This document shows, piece after piece, positions 46,539 to 59,100 of a DNA stretch of 64,000 bases. The stretch comes from Yuukianura sp. NJ FZ-2021 (Eukaryota). The stretch covers positions 7,006,001-7,070,000 of the forward strand of contig CM102287.1 in the NCBI GenBank assembly GCA_046563655.1, written 5' to 3'. Position numbers and translations under genes: made by a program. How positions within the stretch are numbered: position 1 is the first letter of the stretch; the number at the start of each line of letters is the position of its first letter. The notes below the pieces were generated by a model. That model saw nothing but the letters and a program-made list of their open reading frames with translations. It was not told where the DNA came from and did not search any database.

Positions 46539-49500
46539 TAGACTAATTCCGAATTTCGTTTTTCATAACTCGAATCTCAACTTAAAAAATTTACTTAACG
46601 TAGCCGAAATTTCTTAAAACGCAAAAAGTGAAAACAACTCTTTTCTAAATAATATTTCTAAATTTTTGACTAAACCTTCTCTGCACCATCACTTAGGAAC
46701 ACATACTAAATCCCACAACCGAAACCTACGGAATCACTTCTTGGCGAATGTGTCCATGCACAGATCGTTTCAAAGTCTCAATCCGCATTGGTTCGGGGAT
46801 GTGGTAAAAAAACTTAGTCCCTGCGTCTCTTGCTTGAATGCGCAGCAGAAGTGTTATTATTAGAGTTAACGAGACTTGACTTGACGTTTAACGTGACTTT
46901 CGGTTTTTTTCTATAAGCTAGAACATACGGCATTGTAGTAGATTGGGCGCGAGGACGGATCGAGGCTTGCAAGTAGCTGTTCAGGTGACACAGGGCAGGG
47001 AGGGGTGTGAATCTCTCTCGGTAAGTCCGGAGTGTGCCAGTTCGAGTGAACTGGGGCCGGAATCTCGAGCGTAGTCATTGACTAGTCCTCTGTCGTATGT
47101 ATCTTCGTGTAGACTAATTCCGAATTTCGTTTTTCACAACTCGAATCTCAACTTAAAATATTTACTTAACGTAGCCGAAATTTCTTAAAACGCAAAAAGT
47201 GAAAACAACTCTTTTCTAAATAATATTTCTAAATTTTTGACTAAACCTTCTCTGCACCATCACTTAGGAACACATACTAAATCCCACAACCGAAACCTAC
47301 GGAATCACTTCTTGGCGAATGTGTCCAGGCACAGATCGTTTCAAAGTCTCAATCCGCATTGGTTCGGGGATGTGGTAAAAAACTTAGTCCCTGTGTCTCT
47401 TGCTTGAATGCGCAGCAGAAGTGTTATTATTAGAGTTAACGAGACTTGACTTGACGTTTAACGTGACTTTCGGTTTTTTTCTATACGCTAGAACATACGG
47501 CATTGTAGTAGATTGGGCGCGAGGACGGATCGAGGCTTGCAAGTAGCTGTTCAGGTGACACAGGGCAGGGAGGGGTGTGAATCTCTCTCGGTAAGTCCGG
47601 AGTGTGCCAGTTCGAGTGAACTGGGGCCGGAATCTCGAGCGTAGTCATTGACTAGTCCTCTGTCGTATGTATCTTCGTGTAGACTAATTCCGAATTTCAT
47701 TTTTCACAACTCGAATCTCAACTTAAAAAATTTACTTAACGTAGCCGAAATTTCTTAAAACGCAAAAAGTGAAAACAACTCTTTTCTAAATAATATTTCT
47801 AAATTTTTGACTAAACCTTCTCTGCACCATCACTTAGGAACACATACTAAATCCCACAACCGAAACCTACGGAATCACTTCTTGGCGAATGTGTCCATGC
47901 ACAGATCGTTTCAAAGTCTCAATCCGCATTGGTTCGGGGATGTGGTAAAAAACTTAGTCCCTGTGTCTCTTGCTTGAATGCGCAGCAGAAGTGTTATTAT
48001 TAGAGTTAACGAGACTTGACTTGACGTTTAACGTGACTTTCGGTTTTTTTCTATACGCTAGAACATACGGCATTGTAGTAGATTGGGCGCGAGGACGGAT
48101 CGAGGCTTGCAAGTAGCTGTTCAGGTGACACAGGGCAGGGAGGGGTGTGAATCTCTCTCGGTAAGTCCGGAGTGTGCCAGTTCGAGTGAACTGGGGCCGG
48201 AATCTCGAGCGTAGTCATTGACTAGTCCTCTGTCGTATGTATCTTCGTGTAGACTAATTCCGAATTTCGTTTTTCACAACTCGAATCTCAACTTAAAAAA
48301 TTTACTTAACGTAGCCGAAATTTCTTAAAACGCAAAAAGTGAAAACAACTCTTTTCTAAATAATATTTCTAAATTTTTGACTAAACCTTCTCTGCACCAT
48401 CACTTAGGAACACATACTAAATCCCACAACCGAAACCTACGGAATCACTTCTTGGCGAATGTGTCCAGGCACAGATCGTTTCAAAGTCTCAATCCGCATT
48501 GGTTCGGGGATGTGGTAAAAAACTTAGTCCCTGTGTCTCTTGCTTGAATGCGCAGCAGAAGTGTTATTATTAGAGTTAACGAGACTTGACTTGACGTTTA
48601 ACGTGACTTTCGGTTTTTTTCTATACGCTAGAACATACGGCATTGTAGTAGATTGGGCGCGAGGACGGATCGAGGCTTGCAAGTAGCTGTTCAGGTGACA
48701 CAGGGCAGGGAGGGGTGTGAATCTCTCTCGGTAAGTCCGGAGTGTGCCAGTTCGAGTGAACTGGGGCCGGAATCTCGAGCGTAGTCATTGACTAGTCCTC
48801 TGTCGTATGTATCTTCGTGTAGACTAATTCCGAATTTCGTTTTTCACAACTCGAATCTCAACTTAAAAAATTTACTTAACGTAGCCGAAATTTCTTAAAA
48901 CGCAAAAAGTGAAAACAACTCTTTTCTAAATAATATTTCTAAATTTTTGACTAAACCTTCTCTGCACCATCACTTAGGAACACATACTAAATCCCACAAC
49001 CGAAACCTACGGAATCACTTCTTGGCGAATGTGTCCATGCACAGATCGTTTCAAAGTCTCAATCCGCATTGGTTCGGGGATGTGGTAAAAAACTTAGTCC
49101 CTGTGTCTCTTGCTTGAATGCGCAGCAGAAGTGTTATTATTAGAGTTAACGAGACTTGACTTGACGTTTAACGTGACTTTCGGTTTTTTTCTATACGCTA
49201 GAACATACGGCATTGTAGTAGATTGGGCGCGAGGACGGATCGAGGCTTGCAAGTAGCTGTTCAGGTGACACAGGGCAGGGAGGGGTGTGAATCTCTCTCG
49301 GTAAGTCCGGAGTGTGCCAGTTCGAGTGAACTGGGGCCGGAATCTCGAGCGTAGTCATTGACTAGTCCTCTGTCGTATGTATCTTCGTGTAGACTAATTC
49401 CGAATTTCGTTTTTCACAACTCGAATCTCAACTTAAAAAATTTACTTAACGTAGCCGAAATTTCTTAAAACGCAAAAAGTGAAAACAACTCTTTTCTAAA

Positions 49501-52500
49501 TAATATTTCTAAATTTTTGACTAAACCTTCTCTGCACCATCACTTAGGAACACATACTAAATCCCACAACCGAAACCTACGGAATCACTTCTTGGCGAAT
49601 GTGTCCAGGCACAGATCGTTTCAAAGTCTCAATCCGCATTGGTTCGGGGATGTGGTAAAAAACTTAGTCCCTGTGTCTCTTGCTTGAATGCGCAGCAGAA
49701 GTGTTATTATTAGAGTTAACGAGACTTGACTTGACGTTTAACGTGACTTTCGGTTTTTTTCTATACGCTAGAACATACGGCATTGTAGTAGATTGGGCGC
49801 GAGGACGGATCGAGGCTTGCAAGTAGCTGTTCAGGTGACACAGGGCAGGGAGGGGTGTGAATCTCTCTCGGTAAGTCCGGAGTGTGCCAGTTCGAGTGAA
49901 CTGGGGCCGGAATCTCGAGCGTAGTCATTGACTAGTCCTCTGTCGTATGTATCTTCGTGTAGACTAATTCCGAATTTCGTTTTTCACAACTCGAATCTCA
50001 ACTTAAAAAATTTACTTAACGTAGCCGAAATTTCTTAAAACGCAAAAAGTGAAAACAACTCTTTTCTAAATAATATTTCTAAATTTTTGACTAAACCTTC
50101 TCTGCACCATCACTTAGGAACACATACTAAATCCCACAACCGAAACCTACGGAATCACTTCTTGGCGAATGTGTCCATGCACAGATCGTTTCAAAGTCTC
50201 AATCCGCATTGGTTCGGGGATGTGGTAAAAAACTTAGTCCCTGTGTCTCTTGCTTGAATGCGCAGCAGAAGTGTTATTATTAGAGTTAACGAGACTTGAC
50301 TTGACGTTTAACGTGACTTTCGGTTTTTTTCTATACGCTAGAACATACGGCATTGTAGTAGATTGGGCGCGAGGACGGATCGAGGCTTGCAAGTAGCTGT
50401 TCAGGTGACACAGGGCAGGGAGGGGTGTGAATCTCTCTCGGTAAGTCCGGAGTGTGCCAGTTCGAGTGAACTGGGGCCGGAATCTCGAGCGTAGTCATTG
50501 ACTAGTCCTCTGTCGTATGTATCTTCGTGTAGACTAATTCCGAATTTCGTTTTTCACAACTCGAATCTCAACTTAAAAAATTTACTTAACGTAGCCGAAA
50601 TTTCTTAAAACGCAAAAAGTGAAAACAACTCTTTTCTAAATAATATTTCTAAATTTTTGACTAAACCTTCTCTGCACCATCACTTAGGAACACATACTAA
50701 ATCCCACAACCGAAACCTACGGAATCACTTCTTGGCGAATGTGTCCATGCACAGATCGTTTCAAAGTCTCAATCCGCATTGGTTCGGGGATGTGGTAAAA
50801 AAACTTAGTCCCTGTGTCTCTTGCTTGAATGCGCAGCAGAAGTGTTATTATTAGAGTTAACGAGACTTGACTTGACGTTTAACGTGACTTTCGGTTTTTT
50901 TCTATACGCTAGAACATACGGCATTGTAGTAGATTGGGCGCGAGGACGGATCGAGGCTTGCAAGTAGCTGTTCAGGTGACACAGGGCAGGGAGGGGTGTG
51001 AATCTCTCTCGGTAAGTCCGGAGTGTGCCAGTTCGAGTGAACTGGGGCCGGAATCTCGAGCGTAGTCATTGACTAGTCCTCTGTCGTATGTATCTTCGTG
51101 TAGACTAATTCCGAATTTCGTTTTTCACAACTCGAATCTCAACTTAAAAAATTTACTTAACGTAGCCGAAATTTCTTAAAACGCAAAAAGTGAAAACAAC
51201 TCTTTTCTAAATAATATTTCTAAATTTTTGACTAAACCTTCTCTGCACCATCACTTAGGAACACATACTAAATCCCACAACCGAAACCTACGGAATCACT
51301 TCTTGGCGAATGTGTCCATGCACAGATCGTTTCAAAGTCTCAATCCGCATTGGTTCGGGGATGTGGTAAAAAACTTAGTCCCTGTGTCTCTTGCTTGAAT
51401 GCGCAGCAGAAGTGTTATTATTAGAGTTAACGAGACTTGACTTGACGTTTAACGTGACTTTCGGTTTTTTTCTATACGCTAGAACATACGGCATTGTAGT
51501 AGATTGGGCGCGAGGACGGATCGAGGCTTGCAAGTAGCTGTTCAGGTGACACAGGGCAGGGAGGGGTGTGAATCTCTCTCGGTAAGTCCGGAGTGTGCCA
51601 GTTCGAGTGAACTGGGGCCGGAATCTCGAGCGTAGTCATTGACTAGTCCTCTGTCGTATGTATCTTCGTGTAGACTAATTCCGAATTTCGTTTTTCACAA
51701 CTCGAATCTCAACTTAAAAAATTTACTTAACGTAGCCGAAATTTCTTAAAACGCAAAAAGTGAAAACAACTCTTTTCTAAATAATATTTCTAAATTTTTG
51801 ACTAAACCTTCTCTGCACCATCACTTAGGAACACATACTAAATCCCACAACCGAAACCTACGGAATCACTTCTTGGCGAATGTGTCCAGGCACAGATCGT
51901 TTCAAAGTCTCAATCCGCATTGGTTCGGGGATGTGGTAAAAAACTTAGTCCCTGTGTCTCTTGCTTGAATGCGCAGCAGAAGTGTTATTATTAGAGTTAA
52001 CGAGACTTGACTTGACGTTTAACGTGACTTTCGGTTTTTTTCTATACGCTAGAACATACGGCATTGTAGTAGATTGGGCGCGAGGACGGATCGAGGCTTG
52101 CAAGTAGCTGTTCAGGTGACACAGGGCAGGGAGGGGTGTGAATCTCTCTCGGTAAGTCCGGAGTGTGCCAGTTCGAGTGAACTGGGGCCGGAATCTCGAG
52201 CGTAGTCATTGACTAGTCCTCTGTCGTATGTATCTTCGTGTAGACTAATTCCGAATTTCGTTTTTCACAACTCGAATCTCAACTTAAAAAATTTACTTAA
52301 CGTAGCCGAAATTTCTTAAAACGCAAAAAGTGAAAACAACTCTTTTCTAAATAATATTTCTAAATTTTTGACTAAACCTTCTCTGCACCATCACTTAGGA
52401 ACACATACTAAATCCCACAACCGAAACCTACGGAATCACTTCTTGGCGAATGTGTCCATGCACAGATCGTTTCAAAGTCTCAATCCGCATTGGTTCGGGG

Positions 52501-55437
52501 ATGTGGTAAAAAAACTTAGTCCCTGTGTCTCTTGCTTGAATGCGCAGCAGAAGTGTTATTATTAGAGTTAACGAGACTTGACTTGACGTTTAACGTGACT
52601 TTCGGTTTTTTTCTATACGCTAGAACATACGGCATTGTAGTAGATTGGGCGCGAGGACGGATCGAGGCTTGCAAGTAGCTGTTCAGGTGACACAGGGCAG
52701 GGAGGGGTGTGAATCTCTCTCGGTAAGTCCGGAGTGTGCCAGTTCGAGTGAACTGGGGCCGGAATCTCGAGCGTAGTCATTGACTAGTCCTCTGTCGTAT
52801 GTATCTTCGTGTAGACTAATTCCGAATTTCGTTTTTCTCAACTCGAATCTCAACTTAAAAAATTTACTTAACGTAGCCGAAATTTCTTAAAACGCAAAAA
52901 GTGAAAACAACTCTTTTCTAAATAATATTTCTAAATTTTTGACTAAACCTTCTCTGCACCATCACTTAGGAACACATACTAAATCCCACAACCGAAACCT
53001 ACGGAATCACTTCTTGGCGAATGTGTCCAGGCACAGATCGTTTCAAAGTCTCAATCCGCATTGGTTCGGGGATGTGGTAAAAAACTTAGTCCCTGTGTCT
53101 CTTGCTTGAATGCGCAGCAGAAGTGTTATTATTAGAGTTAACGAGACTTGACTTGACGTTTAACGTGACTTTCGGTTTTTTTCTATACGCTAGAACATAC
53201 GGCATTGTAGTAGATTGGGCGCGAGGACGGATCGAGGCTTGCAAGTAGCTGTTCAGGTGACACAGGGCAGGGAGGGGTGTGAATCTCTCTCGGTAAGTCC
53301 GGAGTGTGCCAGTTCGAGTGAACTGGGGCCGGAATCTCGAGCGTAGTCATTGACTAGTCCTCTGTCGTATGTATCTTCGTGTAGACTAATTCCGAATTTC
53401 GTTTTTCACAACTCGAATCTCAACTTAAAAAATTTACTTAACGTAGCCGAAATTTCTTAAAACGCAAAAAGTGAAAACAACTCTTTTCTAAATAATATTT
53501 CTAAATTTTTGACTAAACCTTCTCTGCACCATCACTTAGGAACACATACTAAATCCCACAACCGAAACCTACGGAATCACTTCTTGGCGAATGTGTCCAT
53601 GCACAGATCGTTTCAAAGTCTCAATCCGCATTGGTTCGGGGATGTGGTAAAAAACTTAGTCCCTGTGTCTCTTGCTTGAATGCGCAGCAGAAGTGTTATT
53701 ATTAGAGTTAACGAGACTTGACTTGACGTTTAACGTGACTTTCGGTTTTTTTCTATACGCTAGAACATACGGCATTGTAGTAGATTGGGCGCGAGGACGG
53801 ATCGAGGCTTGCAAGTAGCTGTTCAGGTGACACAGGGCAGGGAGGGGTGTGAATCTCTCTCGGTAAGTCCGGAGTGTGCCAGTTCGAGTGAACTGGGGCC
53901 GGAATCTCGAGCGTAGTCATTGACTAGTCCTCTGTCGTATGTATCTTCGTGTAGACTAATTCCGAATTTCGTTTTTCACAACTCGAATCTCAACTTAAAA
54001 AATTTACTTAACGTAGCCGAAATTTCTTAAAACGCAAAAAGTGAAAACAACTCTTTTCTAAATAATATTTCTAAATTTTTGACTAAACCTTCTCTGCACC
54101 ATCACTTAGGAACACATACTAAATCCCACAACCGAAACCTACGGAATCACTTCTTGGCGAATGTGTCCATGCACAGATCGTTTCAAAGTCTCAATCCGCA
54201 TTGGTTCGGGGATGTGGTAAAAAACTTAGTCCCTGTGTCTCTTGCTTGAATGCGCAGCAGAAGTGTTATTATTAGAGTTAACGAGACTTGACTTGACGTT
54301 TAACGTGACTTTCGGTTTTTTTCTATACGCTAGAACATACGGCATTGTAGTAGATTGGGCGCGAGGACGGATCGAGGCTTGCAAGTAGCTGTTCAGGTGA
54401 CACAGGGCAGGGAGGGGTGTGAATCTCTCTCGGTAAGTCCGGAGTGTGCCAGTTCGAGTGAACTGGGGCCGGAATCTCGAGCGTAGTCATTGACTAGTCC
54501 TCTGTCGTATGTATCTTCGTGTAGACTAATTCCGAATTTCGTTTTTCACAACTCGAATCTCAACTTAAAAAATTTACTTAACGTAGCCGAAATTTCTTAA
54601 AACGCAAAAAGTGAAAACAACTCTTTTCTAAATAATATTTCTAAATTTTTGACTAAACCTTCTCTGCACCATCACTTAGGAACACATACTAAATCCCACA
54701 ACCGAAACCTACGGAATCACTTCTTGGCGAATGTGTCCAGGCACAGATCGTTTCAAAGTCTCAATCCGCATTGGTTCGGGGATGTGGTAAAAAACTTAGT
54801 CCCTGTGTCTCTTGCTTGAATGCGCAGCAGAAGTGTTATTATTAGAGTTAACGAGACTTGACTTGACGTTTAACGTGACTTTCGGTTTTTTTCTATACGC
54901 TAGAACATACGGCATTGTAGTAGATTGGGCGCGAGGACGGATCGAGGCTTGCAAGTAGCTGTTCAGGTGACACAGGGCAGGGAGGGGTGTGAATCTCTCT
55001 CGGTAAGTCCGGAGTGTGCCAGTTCGAGTGAACTGGGGCCGGAATCTCGAGCGTAGTCATTGACTAGTCCTCTGTCGTATGTATCTTCGTGTAGACTAAT
55101 TCCGAATTTCGTTTTTCACAACTCGAATCTCAACTTAAAAAATTTACTTAACGTAGCCGAAATTTCTTAAAACGCAAAAAGTGAAAACAACTCTTTTCTA
55201 AATAATATTTCTAAATTTTTGACTAAACCTTCTCTGCACCATCACTTAGGAACACATACTAAATCCCACAACCGAAACCTACGGAATCACTTCTTGGCGA
55301 ATGTGTCCAGGCACAGATCGTTTCAAAGTCTCAATCCGCATTGGTTCGGGGATGTGGTAAAAAACTTAGTCCCTGTGTCTCTTGCTTGAATGCGCAGCAG
55401 AAGTGTTATTATTAGAGTTAACGAGACTTGACTTGAC
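46539..55437. repeat. Tandem array of near-identical 570/571-bp units (15 full + 1 partial)
   Basis: TAGACTAATTCCGAATTTC recurs at 46539, 47110, 47680, 48250, 48820, 49390, 49960, 50530, 51101, 51671, 52241, 52812, 53382, 53952, 54522 and 55092. A diverged copy of the GC-rich part sits at ~55555-55781. Confidence 0.98.
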
Positions 55438-55948
55438 ATTAGAAAAAAGTAGAAAAAAGGTAGAAAAAATTGCTTGGGGCGAGATTTTTTTGAAAACAGG
55501 ACTTACTGCCAAACCTCTTAAAGGAAAAGTATTTCGTTGCTATGGCAACTTTGATTTAACGGGACTTTCAGTTTTTTCTTATACGCGAGAACATACGGCA
55601 TTGCAGTAGATTGGGCGCGAAGACGGATCGAGGCTTGCAAGTAGCTGTTCAGGTGACACAGGGCAGGGAGGGATGTGAATCCCTCTCGGTGAGTCCGGAG
55701 TGTGCCAGTTCGAGTGAACCGGGGCCGGAATCTCGAGCGTAGTCATTGACTAATCCTCTGTCGTATGGATCTTCGTGTATATTTAACGTGACTTTCGGTT
55801 TTTTTCTTTCATTAACTTATCGTTTGTTGTATTTTTAACGGGACTTTCGGTTTTTTTCTTCCATTGACTTATCTTATATAGGTTTCCCTTTTGAGCAGTA
55901 ACTCCAGTTCCAGCGGAGCGGGGACCTTACCCCGGAAACAAAGGGGCC

Positions 55949-56014
55949 ATTGCACAACGGTCTACCGTGTTGCTCGGTACTGATGAGACACTAGCAGTCA
56001 GAAACCGTTGCAAT
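55949..56014 (+). ncRNA. Type III hammerhead ribozyme (candidate)
   Basis: Stem III CAACGG/CCGTTG, GUC cleavage triplet (C55962), stem I TACCG-TGTTGCT-CGGTA, core CTGATGA, stem II GAC-ACTAGCA-GTC, one extra A, then GAAA. Confidence 0.75.
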
Positions 56015-56190
56015 AGTAGCCATTCTTGAATTAAGATATTTATTAACTTAAAACTAAAAAGGAAAAAAACAAAAAAATCGAAGTTTCGAAGTGTTACGTT
56101 TACTTAATCCAAATTAATAAAAAAAAATATAAAATGGGCTTCGGAAAATGTATTTTTATTATCAAAAAATTGACGAATCGTGAACCCCTC

Positions 56191-59100
56191 TGTTCAGGAA
56201 CTTTCAACCTGAACTTTTACTGAATTGAAATAAACAAAAGGGATCTGACCAAATCTGAGAAGTTCAGATCAATCAGGGCTTTTAACCCTTGGTTTAATGA
56301 ATGAAAGTTAATTAGAACAATTAATTGTTAAAGAGAGGTGAGAGCGAGTACTTAGACCTGTACTTGAAGTGACAACGTGCTAAGATCGACTTAGAGCTAA
56401 CAGAGCAAAAGAGAACAAAAGAACAAATCTAACTGCGTAGATGAGGGAGGGGCTAAGATGCCTGAAAATGAGGGAATTTTGAACCTAAATTTAAGCGGTA
56501 ATTTTAAACTAGAAAACCGAGTGGAAGCGGCTTGGGCAATTCCACAAACATTCCCCGGCGTTGGTGGATTTAGGAAATCCACCAAGGAAAACTGGAAATT
56601 AAAGCGGAAACGAAAACGGGGTTGCTTGTGAAACCGCGCACAAGCGCAAGAAACTTAAATTTTAGAAGGAGAGATAGGCTTAAATTTAAGTTAAATCTAA
56701 ATTTTAAAGAAAATCTAAATTTAAAACTTAACTCTAAACTCTACTCGAAATTGAAAAGAAAAGAGCTACATCTAGTTGATGCTGGAGAATGCTGCGGTGA
56801 CGTCATCATCGATTGGCAGAGGAGCAAGTCGAGTGATGGGGCGTCTGTAGACTTTCGTGTTGGGTCCCTTCTTGTCGGAGTTGTCGACTGGAATCCGAAC
56901 GTCGCAGGTTCTGACTCGTCCGTCGGGCCCAGGGAAGGTGGCTTCGATACGTCCAAGAGTCCAGCGCTTGTGCTTGAACGAGGAGTCGACATCTTGGACG
57001 AGGACCATCATTCCAGTGGCGAGATTAGGCTGGACTTGGAGCCACTTGTGTTTCTGCTGGAGAGATTGAAGGAAGTCGGAGCTCCAGCTTTTGAAGAAAT
57101 GCTGAGACATCTGTTGGATCAGTTCCCAGCGGCTGCGGTGTGACTTCATTGAAGTCAAATCCTCTTCCGGAATGTACTTAGGAGCACGGAGAGACAGGAA
57201 GTGGAATGGAGTGAGTGCCTGGAAATCATCGGGGTGATTTGAGACAGGCGTCAGAGGTCTGGAATTCAATGCAGCTGAAGTGCGAGCGAGGAGAGTCACA
57301 AATTCTTCCAGTGAAATATGGTGACCTTGAACAATTCTGGAGAGGTGGAGCTTCATGCTCTTGACGGCCGCTTCCCAGAGTCCACCATGATGGGGTCCAT
57401 AAGGGGGGCTGAAGTAGAAGTTAATTTTCTCCCCAGTTGCAAACAGCGTTACTTTGTGCTGATGTTGAGGAGAAGACAACAGCGTTTGAAGGGCTTCCAT
57501 CTCGTTCTTAGCGCCAAGGAAGTTCCGTCCTCCGTCGCAGTAGATTTCTGCTGGAGTGTTGCGGATGGCGCAGAAGCGTTGGAGAGCCGCGATGAAGTCT
57601 GGAGTGGAGAGTCCTCCGACGTACTCCAGATGAATGGCCTTGGTAGCCATGCAGATGAACACGCAAACGTAGGCGTCGATTAGGCGTGGATTCCGTCCTG
57701 GAATGAGGGCAATTTTGAGTGGACCTGCGTAGTCCACGCCAACTTTCAGGAACGGGAGATCCGGAGTCACACGAGCGGTGGGCAGAGGTGCCATAATTTG
57801 AGTGGTATGGTGAGGTCGTTGTTTGAAGCAGATCACGCAGGATTTGAAGATCCGAGTGCAGAGGTCTGCTCCTCTTGGAATCCAGAATTCCGAGCGGATG
57901 AGTGAGAGTAGGAGTTTCGGTCCAGCGTGGAGGTTTGCTTCATGGAAGTGACGAGCCACAGCAAGGACAAAGTGACTGAAGATTCGGTCTTCAGTTGAAG
58001 TAGGCTTGGAATGGCACTTTGGTAGAAGGACTGGATGACGGCTGGAGAATTCGAGTGCCGACATCTGGAGTCTGCCTCCTACGCGAAGGATGCCATTGTG
58101 GTCCAAGAAGGGAGAAAGGAACTTGATGTTGCCTTTGATTTGCTTCTTCTTGGCGCAGAAGTCGAGTTCTTCGGGAAAACAGGCCTTCTGGACTTCCTTG
58201 ATGAGGGCAAGTTGAGCCTGTTCCAGTTCGACTGAAGTGAGCGGTCCAGAGGTCGGCATCGCTCCTGTTCGGTGGTTGTTCTGGAGTCTGATCCAGTAGG
58301 CGAGAAGCCGTTTCATTTTGGAGAATGATGGAGTTGACTCGATGAGACGCAGAATTCCACATGAGGCGAATGTTGCACCAGCTCCGAGCGAGGCTATAAA
58401 AGTTGCAACATTTTCAGCGTAAGGTTGAGGGGGGAGATCTTCTGCCTTGAGGAAATCTGGTCCGTGGAGCCAGAGTGGATGAATGAGGAAGTTGGAAGGC
58501 GAGATTCCCCTTGAGCAGCAGTCAGCAGGGTTCAGCTCTCCCGGTACGTGGTACCAACGGGTAGTGACTGGACTATTCTTGATTTTTCGGACGCGATTGG
58601 CCACGAAGACTGTCTGCTTCTCAGTAGAAAAGAGTTGTCCGAGTGCTCCAGTGGAATCTGTGAAGCACAGAACAGAAGAAATTTTAATTTTTGTAGAATT
58701 TAAGGCTGTGTAGACGCTGTTCACAAGTTGTGACAGAAGTACGGCGCTGCACAGTTCTAATCTTGGAGTTGTTTCTCCACCGACGGGAGCAACCTTGGTT
58801 TTGGCTGCGATGAGCAGGATTTTGACCTCGTCCTCGCACTTTGACCGCAGGTAGACGCAGGCGCCGTACGCGAGATTTGACGCGTCGCAGAAGCCTATGA
58901 GGTCGTGGGTCACAGTAGAGGCGGGTACTGAAGTAGCGAAAGTCAGACATCGAGGGATGCGGAAATCGCGAAGAAGTTCAAGTTCAGAGGAGTACTTGAG
59001 CCATTTCTTGACGTAGTGATGAGGAATGGGATCGTCCCATCCTATTTTCTCTTTCCAGAGGGACTGGAGTAGAATTTTGGCGGAAATGGTGACTGGACTG

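Noticed and set aside
46666..46863. 65-aa ORF repeated in the array
   Set aside because: It starts at TTG, exists only in units with the A7 run and has no recognisable motif.
46539..55437. CRISPR array, or 5S/tRNA/snRNA gene cluster
   Set aside because: Units are near-identical with no unique spacers, there are no cas genes and the context is eukaryotic. No 5S, cloverleaf or Sm-site pattern was recognised.
56622..57143. Antisense and alternate-frame ORFs in the retrotransposons, or a possible env gene
   Set aside because: These are shadow ORFs of pol. Only ~200 bp separates the pol stop from the 3' LTR, leaving no room for env.
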